55,154 nucleotides of DNA from a virus (IMGVR_UViG_3300042366_001387:1-55154), one strand, 5' to 3'; counted from the first letter of the stretch, positions 17,211 to 26,843 are shown. Numbers and translations: made by a program. Notes: generated by a model from the letters alone, not told the origin.

Positions 17211-17570
17211 TCAGGAAATCTCCTCGTAAGAAATGACCAGCTCAAGGTCGTTTGATGCGCTGGCCTGTGCTCGCAGGCTGTGCCCTTCTTCCAGATAGAT
17301 AGGTGCTTCGCGTTTTACCAGAACCTGGGTCGCATCAGCAGGCACCGAGATACCTGGAGCAATCTTACCGCTCGCCGTGCCATTGTAATGTTCCAACGTG
17401 ATGTCAGCAGCAACCGAGCCGTCTACATTGGCGCAGTAAACCGAGACAACCTTTAATGATTTACCAGAGCTAATACCGTTGCTTAGTGCTGCAGACATCG
17501 ACTCCGTAACCGCATAGGCAATAGTTCTACCTATAACACTATTCGGGTTTTTTAGGTTTGGCGCTGCCAT
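17211..17570 (-). CDS. Conserved phage structural-region protein
   Basis: MAAPNL...ANVDG..AADIT...ISVPADAT...IYLEEG...SYEEIS family found beside tail-fibre genes. Confidence 0.85.
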   Translation of the reverse strand: MAAPNLKNPNSVIGRTIAYAVTESMSAALSNGISSGKSLKVVSVYCANVDGSVAADITLEHYNGTASGKIAPGISVPADATQVLVKREAPIYLEEGHSLRAQASASNDLELVISYEEIS

Positions 17571-17611
17571 AGATCAAAAACTCTGAAACGAAAACAGCTT
17601 TTGTCCTCAGT

Positions 17612-18097
17612 CTAGCCGGCCCACCAGTCGGGGTAACTCTCTGGCCACCAGCCATAATTTTGTTCGGCCCAGCCTCCCCAATAATCCAACAAGGCTGGTT
17701 CTGACAAGCTAATCTCAACGGGCGATACGGCAAAATTTATGCTAGGCGTTGGATTGTTGAATTGCAGCGTGCCCTCCGGCGGCAAGGCAACATTTCCCCC
17801 AACACCGGTTGCCTGGAGAACAGCAAATGGAACAACGAAATTAAAGCTTACCGTTGGATTAAAACTCGCCAGTCCTGATTCTGATATTGGAGATGGCGGA
17901 ATGGGGGTCGGTCCTGATACAGAATCAACGACAGCGACCATGACCGCAGCTGGTTGATTTGCAAATATTGCACTTTCTGGCTGCTCAGCCGTAGAAACTT
18001 TTATCCTGTCGATGGAGTTGGCAGTGACTACATATGCACTCTCTCCGGTATTGCTTGAAGATACTTGAGCGACGACGACAGTATCGATTGCTGTCAT
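17612..18097 (-). CDS. Putative virion protein
   Basis: Val/Ala/Ser/Pro-rich with a Trp-rich C-terminus; within the structural island. Confidence 0.65.
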   Translation of the reverse strand: MTAIDTVVVAQVSSSNTGESAYVVTANSIDRIKVSTAEQPESAIFANQPAAVMVAVVDSVSGPTPIPPSPISESGLASFNPTVSFNFVVPFAVLQATGVGGNVALPPEGTLQFNNPTPSINFAVSPVEISLSEPALLDYWGGWAEQNYGWWPESYPDWWAG

Positions 18098-18099
18098 AA

Positions 18100-18726
18100 T
18101 CAGCTCCTCGAACTGGTTTTTGTCACAGTTGCAGTGCCTTGCAGCCAGTAATATCGGGCGCCGGTATCACTTGTCAGTGACAAATCCCAGTTATTGAGCC
18201 CCTCTGTCAGGTCAACAGTGATTTCTGGTTCCATCGTGATTTGGACCAGTCCATCAGCAGCGGCTGGCAGGGTGCAGGTAAATGTTGCTACCTCTTCTTT
18301 GGTGATAACGTCTATCAGGTCGGCATCGGCGGTATAGTCCGTTAAATCAACAGGTTCTGCAACCATTAGAGAACCCAGGGGGGTATCAGCAACCGTAATT
18401 GGACTACCGCCATCTGTTTCCGAAATAGTAAATGTGTTGGTCGCCAACCCAGTGTCAACTACAAAATACACTTTGTTTAATTCCAGCCCGCAGGGAACAT
18501 CGTATGTTTCTGGTGTTGCGGCAGGCAGCGATGCACTGCTTTGCCCTTGAGGCACTATTACTACCTTGCTGCCAGCAGTGAAGCGATGGCATGGCACAAC
18601 AAAAATTGGATTGCTGTTGGCAACAGCAAAACCAGTGATAACTTTCTGATTCTGCAATGCACGAAGACTCAACTCAAAGGTCGAGTTCTGCAGAATCGTA
18701 ATATTGAGAGTTGCGGGGTAAATCAT
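18100..18726 (-). CDS. Putative tail/baseplate-associated protein
   Basis: Related to 54739-55122 (ILQNSTF/VLRNSTF; DLT..TADAD; G.RYY..). Confidence 0.7.
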   Translation of the reverse strand: MIYPATLNITILQNSTFELSLRALQNQKVITGFAVANSNPIFVVPCHRFTAGSKVVIVPQGQSSASLPAATPETYDVPCGLELNKVYFVVDTGLATNTFTISETDGGSPITVADTPLGSLMVAEPVDLTDYTADADLIDVITKEEVATFTCTLPAAADGLVQITMEPEITVDLTEGLNNWDLSLTSDTGARYYWLQGTATVTKTSSRS

Positions 18727-18788
18727 GGCGAAAATGTGGGCTCTATCAAGCCATGAACGGCAGGACAGGCTTTATCCAGTTGCGTCTG

Positions 18789-19403
18789 CTAAGACTCTAG
18801 CTGCCAGCACTGCTCCATCACTTTTTGTATCACGACATGCTCTGCATTGATTCCAGACTGCACACCATCAATCAAATGGCCGTAAAGCGGAGAGCCGAGA
18901 TTTATGACCGGCACTTTATATTCTTCCGCGATTCTTAGTGCCTGCGATGTTCCGCCAGACATTAGACCGCTCTTCGTCCATGCGATAACCAAATCAGCAG
19001 GGCGATCTAGGTTTGGCCCAAGTATCTGCATGGCGTTCCTCGCCATCAATTTGCGCCCAAACGGACTGAGATTGTCGGGGGCGGGGTGAAAGCGATCTAC
19101 CGTCTTCAGGGCCTTCTCCCAGCCTGGGAGCTTGGTGCTGTCGTAAAAGCCGCCAGTGCCCGCCCTGCGCTCGTTGAACCAGTCTCCGGGGAGGAAGATG
19201 GCTCGATGCCTGGGGTCCGTGACACCCTGCTCGAAGGCGATGTCAGCCCCATCTGCGCCCCCACTCCGCAGTAGCCAGCCCTTTCGCTCCAGCAGGCCCG
19301 CCAGCTTCTTGATGATTGCAAGTGTCTCGGGGGGCGTTTTTCTTGAACCTATCCCCGCGTAGATCATTTTGCTATTCATCGCCCCGCTCATCGCCCCGCT
19401 CAT
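18789..19403 (-). CDS. SLOG/DprA-like nucleotide-binding protein
   Basis: YAGIGSRKTP, LRSGGADGADIAFE, LMARNAMQILG, GGTSQALRIA. Confidence 0.85.
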   Translation of the reverse strand: MSGAMSGAMNSKMIYAGIGSRKTPPETLAIIKKLAGLLERKGWLLRSGGADGADIAFEQGVTDPRHRAIFLPGDWFNERRAGTGGFYDSTKLPGWEKALKTVDRFHPAPDNLSPFGRKLMARNAMQILGPNLDRPADLVIAWTKSGLMSGGTSQALRIAEEYKVPVINLGSPLYGHLIDGVQSGINAEHVVIQKVMEQCWQLES

Positions 19404-19690
19404 CGCCCCCATTGACTAAGAAAAAACAGCCCGCATAAAGCAAGGACTGTAAAAGCAACCCCCGCCCAACCCCCTAGCCCATAGCTTGCAAGCAGTAGGC
19501 CGCTTATTGCGGTAAGAACAAGACAGAGAACCGCAAATATTGCAGCAACCATGCAAACTGCCTTAAATACATTCACGACAACAAAAAGAAACTTGTTTGT
19601 GTGAGGCCGTAGTTTCATGAGAGGTCGCTTAAGTCCTCGCAGTCTATCAGATTGCCGTTTGCTTGCAACAGTTTGAAGATTTTCTGACAT
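19400..19690 (-). CDS. Putative membrane protein
   Basis: Two hydrophobic segments; overlaps the SLOG gene start. Confidence 0.6.
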   Translation of the reverse strand: MSENLQTVASKRQSDRLRGLKRPLMKLRPHTNKFLFVVVNVFKAVCMVAAIFAVLCLVLTAISGLLLASYGLGGWAGVAFTVLALCGLFFLSQWGR

Positions 19691-19695
19691 GGGGG

Positions 19696-19724
19696 TTGCG
19701 CTATGGGACTATCGGTGCTAGTGT
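19696..19724 (+). promoter_or_regulatory. sigma70 promoter with operator copy 4
   Basis: TTGCGC-17-TAGTGT; GGACT-ATC-GGTGC at 19706-19718. Confidence 0.8.
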
Positions 19725-19775
19725 CGCAGACAGGTCAGGCCACCAATGGCCCCCTTCCTTCGCAAACACTTCTCA

Positions 19776-20789
19776 ATGAGTCAAATTGTATTAGCCGATA
19801 CAGAGGTAACAGCTTTAAGCAAATGGGACGCCATTGCTGCGGACATTGCTATTGCAACAGAAGAGTCCCAAGAGAAAACCTTTGACTACCGCGACAAAAA
19901 ACAAAACAAAGAAGCTCGCAGTTGGGTTGCCAGTCTTCGCAGGCTTAAGGGCGACATTGAGCGTGCTCGCAAAGACGCCAAAGCGGTCCATATTCAACGA
20001 GGTAAGGCCGTAGATGAAACAGCCAAACTGCTTGAAGCCTCTGTTCAAGGGCTAATTGAACCTCATGAGCATGAGATTAAAGCTCTGGAGGCAGAAGAAG
20101 AGGCTCGGATTGGCATCCACAAGGCCGTGCTTGGCAGGATTGCAACTCTTGCCGAAGGCGTCTCTACTTCTCAGGAGGCGCAGGCTCGAATCAAGGAGCT
20201 AAAAGCCATTGATACTTCCACTCTGGAAGAGTTCTCCACTGCTGGCACCAATCGCAAGCAGGAGGCCCTGGAGAAGCTGCAAGCGGCTTTTGACATGCTG
20301 TTGATTCAAGAGGAGCAACAGGCTGAGCTCGAAAAGCTTCGCGCTGAAAAAGCTGCTCGCGACGAGGCGGATCGACTTGAGCGAATCAAGCAAGAGGCTA
20401 TTGAAGCTGATCGCAAAGCTCGTGAAGTCGAAGCGGCTCGGCAACGCCTTGAAGCCGAAGAGCTTGCGGCAAAAGAGCGAGAGCGCACTCAGGCTGCTCT
20501 GATTGCACAGCAAAGAGCTGAAGAGGAAGCCGAAAGAGCCAAGCTGCTTTTGCAGCAGAAAGAGCAGGAAGAGAAGGCCAGAGAGGAGGAGCAGGCTCGG
20601 CGTGAGTGGGAGCGAATTGAAAAAGAGGAGGCAGAGGCTCGCGCTCGTCAAGAGAAAAGAAATCAGCTGATTTCTGAAGTAGCTTCTTTCATTGAAAAGA
20701 TCCCGTCTGCCACGCCTGCGTCAATTGCTACTGCAATTGTTGATGAAACCATTCACGATGCTGTTTTCATCGACTGGTCATTCGCTTAA
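19776..20789 (+). CDS. Phage coiled-coil protein (DUF1351-like)
   Basis: RRLKGDIERARKDAKA...GKAVD; long E/A/R/K coiled coil. Confidence 0.8.
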   Translation: MSQIVLADTEVTALSKWDAIAADIAIATEESQEKTFDYRDKKQNKEARSWVASLRRLKGDIERARKDAKAVHIQRGKAVDETAKLLEASVQGLIEPHEHEIKALEAEEEARIGIHKAVLGRIATLAEGVSTSQEAQARIKELKAIDTSTLEEFSTAGTNRKQEALEKLQAAFDMLLIQEEQQAELEKLRAEKAARDEADRLERIKQEAIEADRKAREVEAARQRLEAEELAAKERERTQAALIAQQRAEEEAERAKLLLQQKEQEEKAREEEQARREWERIEKEEAEARARQEKRNQLISEVASFIEKIPSATPASIATAIVDETIHDAVFIDWSFA

Positions 20790-20825
20790 TTCCATTCAAG
20801 CCAATCACACGAATCAACTAATCAA

Positions 20826-22847
20826 ATGACAGTTTCCATCGACCGCCCCACATCCTCCGTTTCCTCCATGCCCGTTGCCGGTGGCTTCCGAGAGTTTGCC
20901 ATTGCCGTCAATCAGCGGCTCGAACAACTCAAAGGCAGTTTTGCCGAGTTCTACAAAGTTGATTGCCCCGAAATCTTTGATCACTACCTGAACGCTTTCC
21001 CCGAGGGCACAAACCCTATCTTCCGCGAGCGCACTGAGCACGACTGTCAGTGCTGCAAGCAGTTCATTCGCAATTTGGGGGCGATCATCGCAATCAAGGA
21101 TGGCCAGATCTATACGGTCTGGCAGGGACTCGCCGGCATCTCTGGCGTCTATGCCACTGTCGCGGAGGAAATGGATCGTGTTGTGCGAAACAGCCCCATT
21201 CTTTCCGTTTTCCGCACCAAAGAGACAAACTTTGGGCACGAGAAAAACTTTGATTCTCATGCTGCGATTACTTGGTATCATTTTTATGGCGACACCCCCA
21301 GCCGTTGTATCTCTCACTCGCCAGGCGAAGACATTGGCAAGTTCAATTCTGTTCACGATGTATTCAAGCGTGGGCTTGAAATCATCAAGTCTTCTGATCT
21401 CGATGAAATCATCACTCTGATTGACGACAACCAAATCTATCGGGGCGAAGAGCATCGCAAGTCCGTCGCCGAGTTTCGTTCTCTGAAGCGAGGCTACGAG
21501 CGGGCGGAAAACAAAGAACTCTATGTTTGGGAGCATGTTGGCAACCCCGCTGCTCGTTTCAAAAATACGGTGATTGGCACGCTTGCTGTTGATTTTTCCG
21601 AGGGGGCGGAACAAGAGAAAGCTATCAAGAGCTTTGAAAGTAAAGTTGCCCCTGCAAGCTACAAGCGCCCCAAAGCCTTGATCACGCCCCGCATGATCGA
21701 AGATGCGGTTGCAACGCTCAAGCGTCTTGATCTGGAGGATTCAATCAGCCGTCGCTTTGCCTCGATTGAAGACATCAGTGTTAATGACATTATTTTCATC
21801 GACAACGATGTTCGTGGCAAGGCAAAGGGCGGACTGACCGATCTCCTGATGGAAGAGGTGCGCCCCACCGCTCCTGCACGCAAGGGCGAGGAGATTGGAA
21901 TTGAACAGTTCATCGCAATGCGTAGCAAGCGCATCGAGCTTGTTCTTGAAAACCGTCACCTGAATAACTTTGTAAGTATTACCGCCCCAGCCATTCCCGA
22001 CTCGCCCTCATTGTTCAAGTGGGACAATGCTTTTGGCTGGTCCTATGACGGTGATGTAGCTGACTCGATCAAAGAGCGTGTAAAAACCGCTGGCGGCAAC
22101 ATCAATGCACTGCTGCGCTGCTCTCTCGCCTGGTTCAACTATGACGATCTCGACATTCATTGCGTTGACCCTCGTGGAACTCACATTTATTACGGCGCTA
22201 CAAGAGGTGTCCTTGATGTTGACATGAACGCTGGTCTTGGGCGTTCGCGAGAGCCTGTTGAAAATCTCAGCTGGAATCGAATTACCGATGGCGAATACAA
22301 GATCTATGTCAACAATTTCTGCCGTCGAGAGACTGTTGATTCAGGTTTTCGGCTTCAGGTTGAGTTCGCTGGCGGCATTCATGAGTTTTCTTGTGACACT
22401 TCGCCCATGCCCAGGGAGGGGAATCCCGGAGTTCACTGCCTGACACTTATTGTTGAAGGCGGGGAGCTTGCAAAAATTAAGACTCATGGTAAACTTAGCG
22501 GGAGTGCAGCCATTGCACGAGAGAAGTGGGGCGTGAAAACCAACATGCCAACGAAGGTCAACGTCCTGATGCTTTCTCCCAATCACTGGGAGAATTCAAG
22601 CAAGACGGGCAATCGGCACTACTTCTTCATTCTCGACAAGTGCCTTAACCCAGAGCCTGCAAGGGGGATTTTCAATGAATTTCTGATGAGTTCACTTGAG
22701 CAACACCGCAGGGTGTTCGAGGTGCTTGGAAACAAAACCAAGTGCCAGCCGAGCAACAATCAGCTTTCTGGTGTTGGCTTTTCTTCCACTCGCTCTGACT
22801 CCGTGAACGTGATTGCAGATGGGCGACCCTTTACAATCAAGTTCTGA
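20826..22847 (+). CDS. Large conserved phage protein with YfaP/DUF2135-like domain
   Basis: RERTEHDCQCCKQFIR, ARFKNTVIGTL, FESKVAPASYKRP, LRCSLAWFNYDDLDIHC, LDVDMNAG..PVENL, GNRHYFF. Confidence 0.9.
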   Translation: MTVSIDRPTSSVSSMPVAGGFREFAIAVNQRLEQLKGSFAEFYKVDCPEIFDHYLNAFPEGTNPIFRERTEHDCQCCKQFIRNLGAIIAIKDGQIYTVWQGLAGISGVYATVAEEMDRVVRNSPILSVFRTKETNFGHEKNFDSHAAITWYHFYGDTPSRCISHSPGEDIGKFNSVHDVFKRGLEIIKSSDLDEIITLIDDNQIYRGEEHRKSVAEFRSLKRGYERAENKELYVWEHVGNPAARFKNTVIGTLAVDFSEGAEQEKAIKSFESKVAPASYKRPKALITPRMIEDAVATLKRLDLEDSISRRFASIEDISVNDIIFIDNDVRGKAKGGLTDLLMEEVRPTAPARKGEEIGIEQFIAMRSKRIELVLENRHLNNFVSITAPAIPDSPSLFKWDNAFGWSYDGDVADSIKERVKTAGGNINALLRCSLAWFNYDDLDIHCVDPRGTHIYYGATRGVLDVDMNAGLGRSREPVENLSWNRITDGEYKIYVNNFCRRETVDSGFRLQVEFAGGIHEFSCDTSPMPREGNPGVHCLTLIVEGGELAKIKTHGKLSGSAAIAREKWGVKTNMPTKVNVLMLSPNHWENSSKTGNRHYFFILDKCLNPEPARGIFNEFLMSSLEQHRRVFEVLGNKTKCQPSNNQLSGVGFSSTRSDSVNVIADGRPFTIKF

Positions 22848-22881
22848 CCATCATTCTCAAACACACATCACCTTACGCACC

Positions 22882-23295
22882 ATGTCTGAAGTCAATCTGT
22901 TTCTTCTCGCCTCTCGCAAAAAGTTTCGCTTTTCTTCTGAGCGGGGCGAGCTGACAGTTGAGCAACTCTGGGACATTCCTCTTACTTCTCGTAGCGGTTT
23001 CAGTGTCAACAACATCGCCATCGAGGTGAACCGCGAGCTGAAGTCCCTGGAGGAGGAGAGCTTCGTGGAGACCTCCAAGAACCCCCGCAGGGACACACTG
23101 AGGGCCATGCTGGAGCTTCTGAAGACCGTGATCGCCGTGCGCCAGGAGGAGGCTCAGAAGGCCTCCGAGGCTGCTGAGCGTGCCAACAAGCGGCAGAAGA
23201 TCATGGAGGCGATTGAGGCCAAGGAACAGGAAGGTCTGCAGTCGGCTTCGCTTGATGAGCTGAAGCTGCAGCTGGCTGCTCTTGAGGCCGCCTGA
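22882..23295 (+). CDS. Conserved phage protein, usual partner of the preceding gene
   Basis: NLFLLASRKKFRFSSERGELTVEQLWDIPL...EESFV. Confidence 0.88.
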   Translation: MSEVNLFLLASRKKFRFSSERGELTVEQLWDIPLTSRSGFSVNNIAIEVNRELKSLEEESFVETSKNPRRDTLRAMLELLKTVIAVRQEEAQKASEAAERANKRQKIMEAIEAKEQEGLQSASLDELKLQLAALEAA

Positions 23296-23350
23296 TCGCA
23301 TCACGGCCCGCCGGAGCCCATCCGGCACATCGTTTCATCGCTTTTCTTTC

Positions 23351-23632
23351 ATGACGGTTCTCCCCGCTGGTAAAACATACATCGGAGACAGCATTCCCCA
23401 AACAAGAATCATCACGTCTTCCACGCCCCCGGTCGATCCACTGCTCAATCGCCTGCGTTTCCCACAGTTTGACTGGGACAAAATGCTTCGTTCAGAGCGT
23501 CGTTCTCTGGCGCGTAAATGGTGGCAGTCTTGCGCTCGCCCCTGTTCTACATGGAACGAGGCGTGGCAATATATCAATCAGCTAGATGGAATGATTGAGC
23601 CAGAGTTTCTGCAGTATCGCTTGGAGAAATAG
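23351..23632 (+). CDS. Hypothetical protein
   Basis: ATG at 23351 in the long ORF. Confidence 0.6.
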   Translation: MTVLPAGKTYIGDSIPQTRIITSSTPPVDPLLNRLRFPQFDWDKMLRSERRSLARKWWQSCARPCSTWNEAWQYINQLDGMIEPEFLQYRLEK

Positions 23633-23637
23633 GCAGC

Positions 23638-23862
23638 ATGTATTTTGCAGCCAATCCAGATCAAGACAGGTATTTTAGGTCGCCAGCTGGTGGCTATCGG
23701 CACGAGTTCGATCTCGGCAGATTCATTCTTGTTAAAGACAACGGTGATGGCACTGGAATGTTTAAGCCAGATCGAACTCAACCAGGTTATCGGGACACTG
23801 GCGATTTAACACCAGCGACTTACAGGTATCGTTGGCGTGAAATGCGCGTTGACCGACTTTAG
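23638..23862 (+). CDS. Hypothetical protein
   Basis: 74-aa ATG ORF. Confidence 0.6.
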   Translation: MYFAANPDQDRYFRSPAGGYRHEFDLGRFILVKDNGDGTGMFKPDRTQPGYRDTGDLTPATYRYRWREMRVDRL

Positions 23863-23882
23863 TTTTTGCTTTACGTCATCAC

Positions 23883-24206
23883 ATGAAAAACTCAGCAAAA
23901 ACCGCAATCGAAGAATCCGTCTGGAAAACCAAAGATGGACGAATAATTCCAATCTCAAAGATGGGGGACATTCATCTTCTGAATGTTGAAGCTTTTCTCC
24001 GAAAGAAACACAGAGATCTTCTTGACACGTCTCCGCCCCCTGGCTTTATTGGTGAAATCGCTGACTGGCTTGCTGATCAGGACTGGCTGGCGTTGCAGGA
24101 ATCAGATGTCTCTGATGTTTATCCCATTTACGAAAGTATCCTCACCGAGATCCAAAAAAGAAATCTTTTACATTTGATGGAAATGTTTCACGAGGCAAAG
24201 AGGTGA
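23883..24206 (+). CDS. Phage hypothetical protein
   Basis: WKTKDGRIIPISKMGDIHLLN motif. Confidence 0.75.
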   Translation: MKNSAKTAIEESVWKTKDGRIIPISKMGDIHLLNVEAFLRKKHRDLLDTSPPPGFIGEIADWLADQDWLALQESDVSDVYPIYESILTEIQKRNLLHLMEMFHEAKR

Positions 24207-24318
24207 TCACTCAGGCATTTGCTGTTTGCCACTCATTTCAAGCTGTTGCAACTGGAATGATGCTGGGCTTTGTTACTGGATTTCTGCTAGCGGCCTTTCT
24301 TACGGGAGTCATGCACAA

Positions 24319-24489
24319 ATGAAACCATTGAAAACACAAAAAGAAGTTATGGAATTGTTTGAAGAATGGTGGCACAACGAGGGATCTAGTATGCCACCAA
24401 GGCCTGGCGAAGATGCAGAGATCCATGTCAAGCGAATTTCTGCTATTGCCTGGAGCAATGGCGCTTACTGCGTGGGGGCAACAAAATGA
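24319..24489 (+). CDS. Hypothetical protein
   Basis: FEEWWHNEGS...AWSNGAY; ATGA overlaps. Confidence 0.6.
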   Translation: MKPLKTQKEVMELFEEWWHNEGSSMPPRPGEDAEIHVKRISAIAWSNGAYCVGATK

Positions 24490-24734
24490 GCGAACCGCAA
24501 TTTATTTTTGCTACCTTGGCCCAGCCACGTATCGGATCAAATGTTCCTTCCGCCTATCGCCTAATTCACAGAAAATACGAAGGGGGCGAGAGTGAATATG
24601 TATTGCAGGGGCTTTTTACGTGGACGGAAGGATACGGTGAACGCGGTGCGGAATGGCAGGATCTTCCAACTCAGGAGGAAGATTCTCAAAATACACCTAA
24701 AGACGACATTCCATTTGCTTGGGCGAAGCAATGA
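24486..24734 (+). CDS. Hypothetical protein
   Basis: VLQG...EWQDLPT; ATGA overlaps. Confidence 0.65.
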   Translation: MSEPQFIFATLAQPRIGSNVPSAYRLIHRKYEGGESEYVLQGLFTWTEGYGERGAEWQDLPTQEEDSQNTPKDDIPFAWAKQ

Positions 24735-25084
24735 GCGAACTTGAAAAGATTGACGCCGAAATCAAATCTGTTGTCAATCAGATTAAGGGTTATCAGGTCG
24801 TAGTTGATGAGCTGCGGAAAGCAAGGCGAGAGCTACTGTCGAAGCAATTCATCGAAAAACACAAACCAGCTCTTGATGAGATAGAGATGTCCTCGGGCGA
24901 GGGCAAGCCTTATTTCGGGCACGTTTGGGCTTTTACGCATTGGATGAAAGAAAACAACATTGACAAGCGTTTTTGCGAGTGGAATAAGTTTGTCTATCTG
25001 ACATCTGAAATGCTACAGGGGCACAAGAGCCAAACAGAATTTACTACGGTTGAGGAAATCGAGCAATTTCAGAAGCATGAATAA
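24731..25084 (+). CDS. Hypothetical protein
   Basis: ATGA overlap. Confidence 0.7.
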   Translation: MSELEKIDAEIKSVVNQIKGYQVVVDELRKARRELLSKQFIEKHKPALDEIEMSSGEGKPYFGHVWAFTHWMKENNIDKRFCEWNKFVYLTSEMLQGHKSQTEFTTVEEIEQFQKHE

Positions 25085-25283
25085 CAGACCTGAGCACATC
25101 AAATGTATTCAGCACACGCACGCTGACAGGCGGAAAACCTCCTGGTGCGGGCAAAGACTATCTAGTTTCGACTGGTGTTTTCAAAACATAGATCATGCAA
25201 TTTATTCAGTAGAAAGCAAAGGGCGACTGGTCCCCTGTCCTGAGTGTCTATTAGTTATTAAATCAGCTTTATTCGACAGATGA
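25077..25283 (+). CDS. Small Cys/His-containing protein
   Basis: HIKCI...WCG...CPEC. Confidence 0.6.
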   Translation: MNNRPEHIKCIQHTHADRRKTSWCGQRLSSFDWCFQNIDHAIYSVESKGRLVPCPECLLVIKSALFDR

Positions 25284-25498
25284 GAAATTCACCTCGCTTT
25301 ATAGCGGAAGATGCTGGAGAGTTTTATTTAACATCGCCCCTTGCAAATCGCTGTGTTCGAGCTGGTCTTGACCAGCTTACAGCAGTCCACGTTCTTTTGC
25401 ATGAGATTAAGCTTTTGCAAAATCAATGTGCCACGCTTTTGACTGAAAGACCGCCTGTGCTTTTTGATGGTTACTCAGACTCTAGTAATTTCAAATGA
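25280..25498 (+). CDS. Hypothetical protein
   Basis: ATGA overlaps. Confidence 0.55.
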   Translation: MRNSPRFIAEDAGEFYLTSPLANRCVRAGLDQLTAVHVLLHEIKLLQNQCATLLTERPPVLFDGYSDSSNFK

Positions 25499-25818
25499 AA
25501 AAAGATTTTTTCTTCAGGTTCAGAGTAAAAGCCTTTCATCAAATCTGTGATTTCTTTTCTTTGCCAGAGGGGATGATTCTTCCCTGGTGGGCTCGATGTA
25601 TTAGATTTATTTTGTTTCCAGTTCAAATGCTTGGCTGGGCGCTAACAAGGCAAAATCATTACGACATACTAACTGACACTTATTTAATTCATGGTATGCG
25701 TTTTAGTGGAAGATTCTTTGAGCTTCTTGCTGCTGAGGGGGAGTGTGTTTACAAATTCAAGAGAGAGGGGAATCTGGCAGTCGCGAAACGAATTTGCTTC
25801 CTGAGGATGCAAGACTGA
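25495..25818 (+). CDS. Hypothetical protein
   Basis: ATGA overlap. Confidence 0.6.
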   Translation: MKKDFFFRFRVKAFHQICDFFSLPEGMILPWWARCIRFILFPVQMLGWALTRQNHYDILTDTYLIHGMRFSGRFFELLAAEGECVYKFKREGNLAVAKRICFLRMQD

Positions 25819-25831
25819 GTATTTAATGCAG

Positions 25832-25860
25832 CTTGTCAACTCGACAAGTCAAGATACAAT
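25832..25860 (+). promoter_or_regulatory. Probable promoter with palindrome CTTGTC-N5-GACAAG over the -35
   Basis: TTGTCA-16-TACAAT. Confidence 0.55.
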
Positions 25861-25890
25861 ACTTGTGAAACTGTCTACATCCATGCCACC

Positions 25891-26796
25891 GTGACTATCA
25901 CCATTAAGGGCAAAAATTTTTACAAAAATGGTAAGAGAATCAGGCTTGCAGGTAATCACACTTGGAACACGGTTCAGAGGATTGGGGGCGAGAAAATAGG
26001 AATTGACAAGATCACGGGCAATTTTACAAGAGCCTGGACCGTAGAAGCCGGTGGGGCAATTTTCTCTCAGTCACAGTGGGGCAGCAATACTCCTGGCGTC
26101 GCAAAAATACAAGATGGGCCATGGAAAAAAGATGGCTCATTGAACAGATCGTTTTATAGAAATCTTGAAGTATTTGTCGAAAAAGCAGAAAAGAAAGATA
26201 TTGTAGTAGGCGTTGCGTTGTTCGAGAACTCAATCGAAAGGATATTTGAGGGGGCGTGGGAAAGGCATCCATTTAATGGCATGGGGCCTAGATCTTATGA
26301 TCAAGTGCATACCAAGGGAAAGTGGAACAAGTATCAGCGAGCACATGTAAAGCAAGTCGTAAAAACACTTGAAAACTATGACAATGTGATTTACGAGGTA
26401 GGCAATGAGCTGCCCGCTGACTCCGTGAAATGGTTCCAGCCTACGGTTGTTCGATGGGTTAAAAAGTGGTCTGACAAGCCTGTTGGTGTTTCCTACGCCA
26501 GCGGCATTAGGGCTACAAAGGGGCGAAACGAACTGGGCTGGATGAAAACGACCGGGGCTGACTGGTATGGCCCCACGTTCACTGCTTTAAGGGATGGGCA
26601 ATTTGATAAAGTTAATAAACCTATTATTTTTGACACAGATCACTCCTGGCCATTGCTTTCTAATGTTGCTGGGTTGAAAGAAGTATGGGAAAAGGGGCAT
26701 AATATTTGGCTTATGGATGGTTTTAGAGGAACTGTGCTGAGAAATCAGCAAAGCCTGGAAGCTGACAGAAGTTTTATTGCCGGCATATTGGTTTAG
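25891..26796 (+). CDS. Putative glycoside hydrolase (clan GH-A-like TIM barrel)
   Basis: IKGKNFYKNGK..RLAGNHTW, NFTRAW, NVIYEVGNE (acid/base-like), KPIIFDTDH. Confidence 0.65.
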   Translation: MTITIKGKNFYKNGKRIRLAGNHTWNTVQRIGGEKIGIDKITGNFTRAWTVEAGGAIFSQSQWGSNTPGVAKIQDGPWKKDGSLNRSFYRNLEVFVEKAEKKDIVVGVALFENSIERIFEGAWERHPFNGMGPRSYDQVHTKGKWNKYQRAHVKQVVKTLENYDNVIYEVGNELPADSVKWFQPTVVRWVKKWSDKPVGVSYASGIRATKGRNELGWMKTTGADWYGPTFTALRDGQFDKVNKPIIFDTDHSWPLLSNVAGLKEVWEKGHNIWLMDGFRGTVLRNQQSLEADRSFIAGILV

Positions 26797-26843
26797 CCAG
26801 GCTATCGCCCCTCGCCCCATCCCTCTTCTTATCTCCCTGCCTC

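Noticed and set aside
20814-21614. 266-aa - strand ORF and similar long antisense ORFs (20199-20651, 38585-39178, 44189-44674, 50750-51487)
   Set aside because: They are shadows of well-supported genes on the opposite strand.
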